Shown: positions 1-8,148 of the stretch, one piece after another | How positions within the stretch are numbered: position 1 is the first letter of the stretch | How the letters are laid out: each line of letters opens with the position of its first letter | The notes under the pieces: generated by a model | Seen by the model: only the letters and a program-made list of their open reading frames with translations | Told to the model about the DNA's origin: nothing | Database searches by the model: none | Virus record (IMG/VR): IMGVR_UViG_2675903202_000003 | Span: 22,985-86,984 of that record | Strand: one strand, 5' to 3' | Origin: an uncultured virus (IMG/VR IMGVR_UViG_2675903202_000003) | Taxonomy: Duplodnaviria > Heunggongvirae > Uroviricota > Caudoviricetes | DNA length: 64,000 bases | Translations under genes and position numbers: made by a program

Positions 1-20
1 GGTTAGCGTCGGTTGTGCAC

Positions 21-117
21 GTCGGGTCCGGTGCCTGCACGGGTCGAAGACCATCGGTTATCTTGCTTACAGACCCCCGGTGGTCGTCTCCATATCCGTG
101 CAGACACCAGACTCGAC
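21..117 (+). ncRNA. Short Y-RNA-like hairpin (Ro60-binding type)
   Basis: Long stem: 21-28/110-117, 30-33/105-108, 35-42/96-103; internal loop containing GUCGAA; inner stem 49-57/77-85. Shares CGGGTCGAAG..CGGTTA and CCGGTGG.CGTC.CCA.ATCCG with the RNA at 134-277. Lies upstream of a TROVE gene. Confidence 0.7.
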
Positions 118-133
118 GAGCAGGCTGGACGCA

Positions 134-277
134 CGGGGAGGGCGGGTCGAAGTCTCGCCGGTTACCACTATTAATGGAGAGGTTGGTCGGGTTCAAATCC
201 CGTCGCCGGACCTGGTCCGGTGTAGCTCAATGGCAGAGCTCTTATCCCGGTGGGCGTCACCACATCCGCCCTCCCCG
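134..277 (+). ncRNA. yrlA: YrlA-type Y RNA with circularly permuted tRNA-like domain
   Basis: 12-bp terminal stem 134-145/266-277; T-arm CGGG-TTCAAAT-CCCG (188-202); loop-closed acceptor-like stem 204-211/215-222; then TA-GCTC-AATGGCA-GAGC D-arm (223-239). The T-acceptor-D order is the YrlA hallmark; adjacent to Ro60. Confidence 0.85.
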
Positions 278-341
278 CCCGCTCAGCCTCCACTCCCCCA
301 CATCCGCCCCCTGGGCGGGGCGAAACACCTGGAGGCCGACC

Positions 342-1888
342 GTGGCCCGTGACCCCCTCGCTGCCGTCTCCACCATCGCGACGCCGCAGACCCGGCCGAT
401 CCCCGGCCGCGAGCACGAGCAGGTCCGCAACAACGCCGGCGGCTACACGTTCGGCAAGGACCTGTGGACGCGACTGGAGGACTTCATCATCCTCGGCACG
501 ACCGGCGGCACCTACTACGTCCGCGAGGACAAGCTCACCGCCGACAACGCGCAGGTCGTGTTCGACACGGTGGCGGCTGATGGTGTTCGCGCGGTGAACC
601 TCGCAACGGAGATCTCCACGGCCCGGCCGCCGCGGGCGCCGAAGAACCGGCCCGCGCTGTTCGTCCTCGCCGCCGCGGCTGCACGCGGTGACGCCGACAC
701 CCGCCAGGCTGTGAAGGCGTCGCTGGCGAAGGCCGCGCGGACCACCGACCACCTCGCCACGTTCTTCGGGTACTGGAAGAACCTCGGCGGGAAGACCACC
801 TCCGGCGGTACCGCACCGGTCGCCGGCCGAGCGATGCGGGCCGCCCTCGGGTCCTGGTTCCTGGCCGGGGACGTCGACCAGGTCGCGTGGCGGGCATGCA
901 AGGCGCGGCAGCGGAAGACCCCCGCGGCCAGGTGCCCGCAATCGACGCGTTCCTCGCCGCACAGGCCGTCACCACCCCGGTCGAGGCGATCGACGTCGTG
1001 CAGGACCGCGGGGTGCCATGGGAGTTCCTGCCCGACCACGTGCTCGGCGACGCGGGCGTGTGGGACGAGCTCGTCGACACGGTCGGGATGACCGCCCTCA
1101 TCCGGAACCTGGCGCGGATGACGCGGCTCGGCACCCTCGCCCCGATGAGCGACGCGACCCGCCGCGCTGCAGAGCGCCTCACCAACCCCGACGCCCTCGC
1201 GAAGGCGCGGGTCCACCCGATGGATCTGTTCCTGGCGCTGCGCGTCTACCAGGCCGGGCGGGCGCAGCCGAACCCGCGCGCCGACATGCAGACGTGGGCG
1301 CCGGTACCTGCGGTCGTGGACGCGCTCGAGGAGGCGTACGAGCTGTCGTTCGGACACGTCGAGCCGTCCGGCCGGCGCATCCTCATCGCGGTCGACTCGT
1401 CCGGTTCCATGTCGTGGGAGAGCGTCCAGTCCGGTGGGGCTCCGCTCGGCACCTGCTACGAGGTCGCGAACGCGATGGCGGTCATCCTCAACCGCGTCGA
1501 GGGCGGCAACGTCCACGTCATCGACGTCGACACCCGCGTCCACGCCTCCAAAGTGACGGCGCGGACGAACCTGCGGGAGATCGGCCAGTGGCGTCCGTCG
1601 GGCGGCGGCACGAACCTGTCGCTGCCGTTCACCTGGGCGCAGCAGGAACGGCTCAACGTGGACGGCATCGTGGTCCTGACCGACAACGAGACGTGGGCGG
1701 GCCGGTCGCACCCGACGCAGGCGCTGGCGTCGTACCGCCGGGCGGTGAACGGCAACGCGCGGGTCGTGGTGGCGGCGATGACCGCGGCCGGGCACTCGAT
1801 CGCGGACCCGCGGGACGAGGGCGTGCTGAACGTCGCGGGGCTGGACGCGTCGCTGCCGATGGTGGTGAACGGCTTCATCCGCGGGTGA
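342..1888 (+). pseudogene. rsr: Ro60/TROVE-vWA RNA-binding protein, interrupted near 920-930
   Basis: GGAGG RBS at 331-335, GTG at 342. N-part has NNAGGY.F and FIILGT.GGTYY. C-part, in another frame, has vWA MIDAS DSSGSM, GGTN and TDNETW. Frame switch after RQRKTP. Confidence 0.88.
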
Positions 1889-2115
1889 GCATGATGCGCG
1901 TGGTACGCCCGGTCACTGGTGTGGCCGGGCGTTCTGTGCACTGGATGAGAGTTGCGCCATGACCGACTGGACAGTTGGGAACTAACAGACGTCAATGTCT
2001 TGCAGAGACCAAACCCAGGGTGTCAGTCTGGCGACTGTGCGCACGGAACCCCGTTCTCATCAGCGCGGGGGCCGTTTCTTGACTCGTGGATACCGAATAT
2101 GCCAGCGGGCGGGGG

Positions 2116-2550
2116 CTATCTGTCGTCCGCGTCGTCCTCTGCGACGAGGACGACGCGGTAGGCGGGCAGCACCTCCTCGCCCTCCGCTGTCGCGATGACG
2201 GCGACGGGCTCGCCCGGCTCCAAGCCGAACCGGCGGCGTTCATCGTCGGTGGCAGGCCGGATCGTGACGCGTGCTCCGGGCGGGATGGTCACCATGGACC
2301 TCTCTTCCGGGTCGCGGACACGCGACCCGACGCCGGCCTCGGTAACGATGAGGCGTTCGGCGCGTAGGACGCGCAGCGCGGAGCGGACCGAGTTGGCGCC
2401 CACACCGTACTCGTCGGCGATCCGGGACTCACTCGGTAGCTGTGCCCCGGGCAGCAGCAGCCCTAACTGGATCTGGTGGCGGATGTCGTCCGCGACCTGC
2501 TTGTACACCGGCCGATCCGAGTGAGGCTCGATGCGCCTTCGTTGCCGCAT
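2116..2550 (-). CDS. GntR-family winged-helix regulator
   Basis: PVYKQVADDIR..I..G.L.PG.QLPSE..IA.EYGV....VR.AL..L N-terminal GntR HTH. Confidence 0.9.
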   Translation of the reverse strand: MRQRRRIEPHSDRPVYKQVADDIRHQIQLGLLLPGAQLPSESRIADEYGVGANSVRSALRVLRAERLIVTEAGVGSRVRDPEERSMVTIPPGARVTIRPATDDERRRFGLEPGEPVAVIATAEGEEVLPAYRVVLVAEDDADDR

Positions 2551-2589
2551 GACGGGCAACGTAGGGCGACCTCTTGGCCTCTACCCCAT

Positions 2590-2624
2590 TGGGTATATAC
2601 CCATAGGTTCGAACACAAGGGCGA
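2590..2624. promoter_or_regulatory. Palindromic GntR-type operator plus imperfect LexA-like box
   Basis: Perfect palindrome TGGGTATATACCCA (2590-2603); TCGAAC-ACAA-GGGCGA (2609-2624) matches 10/12 conserved positions of the actinobacterial SOS box TCGAAC-N4-GTTCGA. Confidence 0.5.
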
Positions 2625-2688
2625 ACTAACGGCGCGGGCGCCGCGTTTAGAGCCCGCCTTCGTGGCTACCCTGTGGGTGCGACTGGAC

Positions 2689-2718
2689 GGCCCCCGGAAC
2701 ACACCCATCCCGGGGGCC
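2689..2718. terminator. Intrinsic terminator-like hairpin
   Basis: GGCCCCCGG/CCGGGGGCC inverted repeat just after the DUF397 stop. Confidence 0.55.
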
Positions 2719-2732
2719 TTTCTCAGAGGGAG

Positions 2733-2933
2733 CTACAGGTCGAGGTCGCCAGCCTTCACCCGTTCAGCGATCTCGCGCCACGCCTCGCGTGGCAGCAGCA
2801 GCGCGCCCGCGTGAGGCGCCTTGCTATCCCGGACGCCGACTCCTTCCCCCAGGTCGGCGAGCTCGACGCAGTTGTTGCCGTTGCCCGTGGATCGGCTAGA
2901 TCGGCGCCACGTGGCGGCTGGTGGTGCATGCAC
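2733..2933 (-). CDS. DUF397 protein
   Basis: WRRSSRS..NGNNCVELA....VGVRDSK signature; AGGAG RBS before GTG. Confidence 0.92.
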   Translation of the reverse strand: MHAPPAATWRRSSRSTGNGNNCVELADLGEGVGVRDSKAPHAGALLLPREAWREIAERVKAGDLDL

Positions 2934-2955
2934 CGGTCTTCTCCTTGCGACTGGA

Positions 2956-3801
2956 CTATTCGTGTGTCCGGGCCGCAAGCCATGCGGTGGAGTCCTCCGG
3001 CGAGAGTGCGGCCTGGCACACTCCATCAAAGGTCAGCCTAAGCCCGTGGACCTCGTCTGCGCTTTCTGCGTACCACTCCCCCATCTGCGCCTCGGTGTGT
3101 CCGGTGTCGAGGCCGTGGTCGCTGGGGTGGATGAAGAGGGTGAGGGGGCCAGCGAGACCACACGCGACGGCGGCACTGAACGGCAAGATCTGGATGGTGA
3201 CGTTGGCGTGTGATGTCGCGGTCGACCACAGATCCCCGATCTGCTTACGCATCACGTCTTCGCCACCGACTGTCTGCCGCAGCGCGGCCTCGTTGATCAC
3301 AAAGCGGCACTCCGGTGGGGTGCTGCGGCGGAGGATCGCCTTGCGTGCCATGCGGGCGGCGACGAGACGGTCGAGGTCAGTTTCCTCTGTGCCGGGACGG
3401 GCTCCGTCGATGACGGTGCGTGCATACTCGGGGGTCTGAAGCAGGCCGGGGACGAGCATCGTCTCGTAACTGCAGATGAGCGGCGCCTGGTCTTCGAGCA
3501 TGATGAAGTTTCCGGTGAACGCATCACGGAATCCGGTCCACCAGCCGTGCTGCCAGGAGTCTTTGGTCAGGTTGAGGATGGCCTGGTGGCGGTCGGGGTC
3601 AACGCCGTACATCTGGAGGAGCGCCCGAACGTCCTCGTCGGACGGGCGAGTGGAGGGGTCCTCGAACCGGGAGAGCTTGTTCTTTGACCAGCCACACCGG
3701 CGCGCCGCTTCCGCCTGAGTGAGTCCGCAGCGTTCGCGCATGGTGCGGAGCTCGAGGGCGAGCCGGCGTCCGCGGATGGTGGGAGTCATGACTGCTGCCA
3801 T
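2956..3801 (-). CDS. XRE HTH + DUF5753 regulator (WhiJ-like)
   Basis: RRLALELRTMRERCGLTQ HTH, GWW, VPGLLQTPEYAR, NEAALR, IQILPF; paired with DUF397. Confidence 0.92.
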   Translation of the reverse strand: MAAVMTPTIRGRRLALELRTMRERCGLTQAEAARRCGWSKNKLSRFEDPSTRPSDEDVRALLQMYGVDPDRHQAILNLTKDSWQHGWWTGFRDAFTGNFIMLEDQAPLICSYETMLVPGLLQTPEYARTVIDGARPGTEETDLDRLVAARMARKAILRRSTPPECRFVINEAALRQTVGGEDVMRKQIGDLWSTATSHANVTIQILPFSAAVACGLAGPLTLFIHPSDHGLDTGHTEAQMGEWYAESADEVHGLRLTFDGVCQAALSPEDSTAWLAARTHE

Positions 3802-3870
3802 CTCTGCATCATCCTCCGGTTGCTGCTGGCCTCCGCGTCTTGGCTGGTGGCCTAGTACGGCCAAGATTAT

Positions 3871-3905
3871 CGTGACACGGTCATTGAAATCGTGGACGTG
3901 TCACG
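3871..3905. promoter_or_regulatory. Inverted repeat in the divergent XRE/HATPase promoter region
   Basis: CGTGACACG-N17-CGTGTCACG. Confidence 0.45.
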
Positions 3906-3997
3906 GCACTCTTACTTTTATCGCTCGATCGGCAGCACACCGTGAGCCCCGGAGGTCACATCATGCGGACCACCCACCTCGAAGTGGACGGATCGTG

Positions 3998-4369
3998 ATG
4001 GCGACCATGGACCTCCTCGGCGCCCCCCTCGCCCTCACCGAGGCCAAGGACGTCCCTCGCATCCGCAGGGAAATCTGCCGCCGGGCCGCTGCCGTCCTCC
4101 CCCACCTCGGCAAGATCGACGACATCGAACTCCTCGCTTCCGAAGCGGTCACCAACGCGGTCCTGCACGGCACCGGCATCATCGACGTCGCCGTCATCTG
4201 CGGCCCGGACCGTTTCCGCGTCGAAGTCCGCGACCAGGGCCCCGCCAACCCCGGCAGCGACCGCCGCGACTACGGCCGCGGACTCACCATCATCAACGCG
4301 CTCGCGTCCCGGTGGAGTCTGCAGGCCGACGAGTACGGCACCTGCCTATGGTTCGAGGTGGACCTGTGA
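3998..4369 (+). CDS. HATPase_c-like ATP-binding/anti-sigma-type protein
   Basis: LLASEAVTNAVLHG, RVEVRDQG, GRGLTII.ALA.RW, CLWFE. Confidence 0.88.
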   Translation: MATMDLLGAPLALTEAKDVPRIRREICRRAAAVLPHLGKIDDIELLASEAVTNAVLHGTGIIDVAVICGPDRFRVEVRDQGPANPGSDRRDYGRGLTIINALASRWSLQADEYGTCLWFEVDL

Positions 4370-4816
4370 TGAGCGTGGACGCGCCCGCACCCCGCACAAC
4401 CCCGTTCCGGGCGTGTCCACTCCGGGGGGAGGTGCGCGGCCGGGGCCTCGGAAGTCACCAGCAGGGCGAGGCCCCGGCCGTGCTCAACCAGACTTGGGGG
4501 GCGTACCCCGCGCCCCCTGGGGGCCGGGAGGCCTGAAGTCCCGGCCGGAACCACCGGCAACCTGATGTGCCAGGGTTGGTGGAACCGGCCGGGACGCTTC
4601 CGGTCCATCGCTTGCCGCGCCCTCATCATGAGCGGCACCCGTAGTCGCCGCCACCCACACGACGAGACCGGCATCGGACAGTACGCGCTTCTCCCCCGTA
4701 GGCCACAGACACCGCCCCCCACCGGGTGGGACGCTCGTCACGCGGGTGGCCTCCAGCCCCGGGGACGACGGCGCCCTCCGGGGTCACGTCCCTCACCCTG
4801 CGCCGGGGAGAACACC

Positions 4817-5389
4817 ATGCCGACCGTCCGCCCCAACCCCGTCGACGTCGCTCGGACCGCGGCCGACATCATGCGGGCCATCACCACCGACCCCGAGTAC
4901 CCGCGGCTGCTCGAGACGTGCCGCCGCTACGACCAGGACCGGACCTGCCTCACCGGCACCCTCACCATCTCCGAGTGGGACATCGCCGACGACGCCGGCC
5001 CGCTCATCAACGAGGCGCTGCGAGCCCTCGCGCTGAAGTCCGCGATCTTCCGGCTCACCGGCGACGAGCACACCGCTGAGATCCCCATCGCCCGCCCCGT
5101 CGACGAGGTGCTCCACGCCGTCCTCGCGCAGCGGACGCTGACGGAGCGGATGGCGGCCCGCCACGGGATCACGTTCGTTCACATGACCGACACCGAGGTC
5201 GCCGCGGACGGGTACGAGCCGGGCGACTACACCACCGCGTGCTACGCCAAGGCGTACGGGGCCGAACCGCCGGGCCGGTACTGGCTCAGCGCCGACGAGC
5301 ACGCCCGCCGCGTCGCGATCCTCGACGACCGCTTCGCCCAGGTCGGCGTCCGCGACCTCGGGCACCGGCACGCGTTCACCTTCAACTAG
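4817..5389 (+). CDS. Hypothetical protein, weakly similar to the GRDP/DUF1399-like family
   Basis: GGGGAG RBS; VDEVLH..L...HG..FVH and Y..AYG.EPP..YW pattern. Confidence 0.6.
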   Translation: MPTVRPNPVDVARTAADIMRAITTDPEYPRLLETCRRYDQDRTCLTGTLTISEWDIADDAGPLINEALRALALKSAIFRLTGDEHTAEIPIARPVDEVLHAVLAQRTLTERMAARHGITFVHMTDTEVAADGYEPGDYTTACYAKAYGAEPPGRYWLSADEHARRVAILDDRFAQVGVRDLGHRHAFTFN

Positions 5390-5504
5390 CGAGCCCGGGC
5401 GAGCTCGACCGCCAGGACCCGGCGTAGGGCCTGGACGACCTCCTCGCCCGTGAACCGCTCCGCTGCGATGGCCTCCGCCCGTTCCAGGGGGAGGCCATTT
5501 CGTC

Positions 5505-5927
5505 GTGGCGGACGGTGCGGAGCATCGCGACGAGCCAGCCCTCCAGATCGTCCGGCGAGTCAGGCAGGACGAGTTGCTCTGTCGAAGGCGCGAACACGGG
5601 CCTTCCCTCGCCTGGCAGGTAGCCATCGTCCCCTTCGAGGAGTCCGCCATGGCCGTCACCGCGCCGACCCGCGACGCCATTCTCGCCTGGTTGGGCGAGG
5701 GCCACGGTCTGACCGACGAGGGCGTCTCGGCGCTCGTCACGGAGGCCGCCGATATCAGCAACCGGTGGCCTCTCCCCAGCGAGTACGTGCACGTCCGCGA
5801 GCGCATGGACGGGTTGTGGATGGCCTACCAGCGCATCATCACGGCCGCCGCGTCCTCACGAGAGGAAGCGCTGGACATCATCCACAACAAGACCCGCACG
5901 GGCGTGGATCCGTGGGAGACCGCTTGA
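5505..5927 (+). CDS. Hypothetical protein
   Basis: GGAGG upstream of GTG; typical codon usage. Confidence 0.55.
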   Translation: MADGAEHRDEPALQIVRRVRQDELLCRRREHGPSLAWQVAIVPFEESAMAVTAPTRDAILAWLGEGHGLTDEGVSALVTEAADISNRWPLPSEYVHVRERMDGLWMAYQRIITAAASSREEALDIIHNKTRTGVDPWETA

Positions 5928-6098
5928 TCCCTGGGCGAGACGAAGCCCCCGGCCGCATCGGGCCGAAGCCGGGACCGGCACGCCGGGCGGTGCTACTGTC
6001 GATCCCTCATCGCCCCGTCCGGGGTCGCAACGTTGAGTCTCTCGGTTCGAGGCCAGCCGCGCACGCGCATCATCGCCCCTGTGAGGGGACACGACGAA

Positions 6099-6141
6099 AC
6101 GGCCCCCGCGCCTCCCCAGACCGGGGAAGCGCGGGGGCCGT
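6099..6141 (-). terminator. Terminator at end of lysis operon
   Basis: 13-bp stem ACGGCCCCCGCGC/GCGCGGGGGCCGT followed by TTCGTCGT on the minus strand, just after the holin stop. Confidence 0.75.
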
Positions 6142-6156
6142 CCGCGTACCCGAGGG

Positions 6157-6528
6157 CTACCGGCCCGCGACCGGCGCCTTCGGCACCCGGCTGCCATCCG
6201 CCGCGACCGGCGCCGTCACCTGCGTCCGCAGCCACGCCGCCAACACCGCCGTGAGCAGCGCGCCCGCCGACGCGACCTGCTCCTGCGAGAAGTCCGCGCC
6301 GAACGCCACCGCCAACTGCAGCACACCGACGAGCAGACCCGCCGCCGCCGGAACGATCCGGTCCCGCGCCACCATCACCGCGACGACCAGACCCACCGCG
6401 AGCGCGGCGACCGCGTTGATGCCGGCCTGCTGCGCCTCGGTCAGGTCGACGCCCCAGGCGACGAGGGTTTGTACGGCGACGGCGACCAGGCCCACCCAGA
6501 CGGCGGGCTCACGACCCCAGATCTTCAT
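6157..6528 (-). CDS. Holin
   Basis: IWGREP N-terminus, four hydrophobic segments, RTQVTAP C-terminus typical of actinophage holins; follows endolysin. Confidence 0.85.
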   Translation of the reverse strand: MKIWGREPAVWVGLVAVAVQTLVAWGVDLTEAQQAGINAVAALAVGLVVAVMVARDRIVPAAAGLLVGVLQLAVAFGADFSQEQVASAGALLTAVLAAWLRTQVTAPVAADGSRVPKAPVAGR

Positions 6529-6538
6529 GACGATCTCC

Positions 6539-7464
6539 TCACTGCTCCCACACGAACGCCTTGGCGCTGCCACCGGTGATCCGTCCGGTGGCGGTGCCGT
6601 AGTGGATCACCTGGAACCGGACGCGGCGCTTGTCCGACACGACGTCCGCGGGCAGCGCGTAATGGACGAACGTGTCGCCGCCCGACGCGGTGTACTCCGC
6701 GAGCGGACCGCCGTCGACATCCCCGCTGTCCTCGTGCCGCTCGATCGTCCGCGCCTGGATCTCCGTACCGGCCGGCAGCCCGCTGATGCGGACGTTCGCC
6801 GTCACCGAGTACCGCGCGGGGCCGATGACGAACGACGAGCCGCCCTTGTCCCAATGGTGGTGCTCACCGTCGGAGTACTCGTGGCCCCACGTCACGGTGA
6901 CCCACTCGTTCGGCGGGAGCTCCTGCGGGGAGTCGACGCCGACGCTGACGTACTCGGGCATGTCCTTGTCCTCCTTGATGTCCCCCGCGATCAGCGCGCC
7001 CGACGTCACGAGGCCGCGCAGGATCGCGCCGGGGCAGGTCGTCGAGATGAACCGGCCGTGGTACGACACGGCTGCGGCGAGTCCCTTGCCGCGGAGCCAG
7101 TTCCGCAGGTCGCGGACGCGCCGATCTGCGCGGCGGTCGGACGCTCCGCGGGCCCCGACATGAACGTCACGCTCGTCCAGGTCGAGTTCCCTCCGGGCTG
7201 CGCGGCCTGCTGCCGCTGCCAGCCACGGCCTTCCATGACGTAGCCGTGGGCACAAACCGCATAGCTGTACCCCACGTCGGCCCAGCCGCGCGTCCCCATG
7301 TGGAAGCGCCGGCACCACTTCCAGTAGTCGACGCACGCCGAATGCGGCTTGCGGGCCAAGCCCTTGTTCGCGCCGTCGTAGTGCACGACGAGCCCGTTCT
7401 TGCAGGGCGCATATCCGGCCGCGGTCCCCGGCCACCCGAACGCCGAACGGCGCTGCAGCTTCAT
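6539..7464 (-). CDS. Endolysin, N-acetylmuramoyl-L-alanine amidase (PGRP/Amidase_2), 1-nt frameshift near 7117
   Basis: VVHY, H...RGWADVGY, EGRGW, then in the next frame H....STTCPG Zn-amidase motif. Confidence 0.88.
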
Positions 7465-7589
7465 GCCTGCGGCCCCTCGGTGTAGGTGTCGTCCGGGTCC
7501 AGCACGCCCTCCTCGGGCTCGTCCGGCTCCGGGATCGGCGGCACGTCGATCTCCTCGACGTCCGGCTCCTCATTGCTCTTGTCGTCCAT
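7461..7589 (-). CDS. 42-aa highly acidic micro-protein coupled to the endolysin
   Basis: GGAGAGG RBS; MDDKSNEEPDVEEIDVPPIPEPDEPEEGVLDPDDTYTEGPQA; ATGA overlap with the endolysin start. Confidence 0.7.
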   Translation of the reverse strand: MDDKSNEEPDVEEIDVPPIPEPDEPEEGVLDPDDTYTEGPQA

Positions 7590-7610
7590 CGGCCTCTCCA
7601 GCGCATGCCG

Positions 7611-7636
7611 AAAAGCCGACCCGCCATGGGTCGGCT
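7611..7636 (-). terminator. Intrinsic terminator upstream of endolysin/holin
   Basis: AGCCGACCC/GGGTCGGCT stem followed by a T-run on the minus strand. Confidence 0.6.
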
Positions 7637-7654
7637 GAGGATGAAGAAGGAAGG

Positions 7655-7846
7655 TCAGTCGGCGGTGTTCAGGGCCGCGCAGGCGAGCTCGGCGGACTCG
7701 AGCAGCCGCTCGAGCGCCGCGTCACGCGCAGGCCCCGCGGGGATGCGCAGCAGCCAGTCCATGCCGACCGCCAGGACAGTCCCCCGCACATGCGCATGAT
7801 CGGGCGGCGCTGCGGTATCCGTCAGCGCACCGAACCGCGTCATCAC
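7655..7846 (-). CDS. Small helical-hairpin protein, Acb2/Tad1-like pattern (start uncertain)
   Basis: RF...H..VR...P.G..R..A...L.E....A.AA spacing resembles Acb2/Tad1 hairpins. Confidence 0.45.
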   Translation of the reverse strand: MMTRFGALTDTAAPPDHAHVRGTVLAVGMDWLLRIPAGPARDAALERLLESAELACAALNTAD

Positions 7847-7965
7847 ATCGTCGAGGGTGAGGATCGTCGCCTGCCTAGAACAACAGCCGCCACGGGCCGT
7901 GGAGGGAGCTTCGAGGGGTCGCATCGACGATACCCCGCAGCCCCGACATTGCAGGCGATCCGGTT

Positions 7966-8139
7966 CTACGACACCAGCCGTGTCCGGAGTTCCTCAGCCA
8001 CCTTGACCGCCACCACATCAGGAAGCGCGTCCACCGTCTGCTGCAGGGCGTCGACCTTCGCGGTCAGCGCCGCGACGGCGGCGGCGAGGTCCGGGCTGCT
8101 CGGCTCGGTGACGGTTGCTCGTGCGGCTGCCAGAGGCAT
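7966..8139 (-). CDS. Small coiled-coil protein
   Basis: MPLAAARATVTEPSSPDLAAAVAALTAKVDALQQTVDALPDVVAVKVAEELRTRLVS; AGGGGGA RBS. Confidence 0.6.
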   Translation of the reverse strand: MPLAAARATVTEPSSPDLAAAVAALTAKVDALQQTVDALPDVVAVKVAEELRTRLVS

Positions 8140-8148
8140 CGAGTCCCC

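Noticed and set aside
165-243. Canonical tRNA gene (GGTTCAAATCC T-loop and TAGCTCAATGGCAGAGC D-arm), or a tRNA-derived att site
   Set aside because: The arms are in permuted order (T before D), the acceptor stem is closed by a loop and there is no CCA end; this fits a YrlA Y RNA.
1889-2115. Possible prophage attachment site or boundary in the lower-GC gap after TROVE
   Set aside because: No integrase and no second copy of a core repeat in the window to confirm it.
4369-4810. Small ORFs downstream of the HATPase gene
   Set aside because: No recognisable motifs or convincing codon bias; cannot be supported.
5450-7243. Long plus-strand ORFs in the supplied track (e.g. 5450-7243, 15213-17087, 38179-39636, 45555-47147)
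   Set aside because: Antisense or off-frame shadows of real minus-strand genes, expected at about 70% GC; Arg/Pro-rich or mirror-image sequences without motifs.
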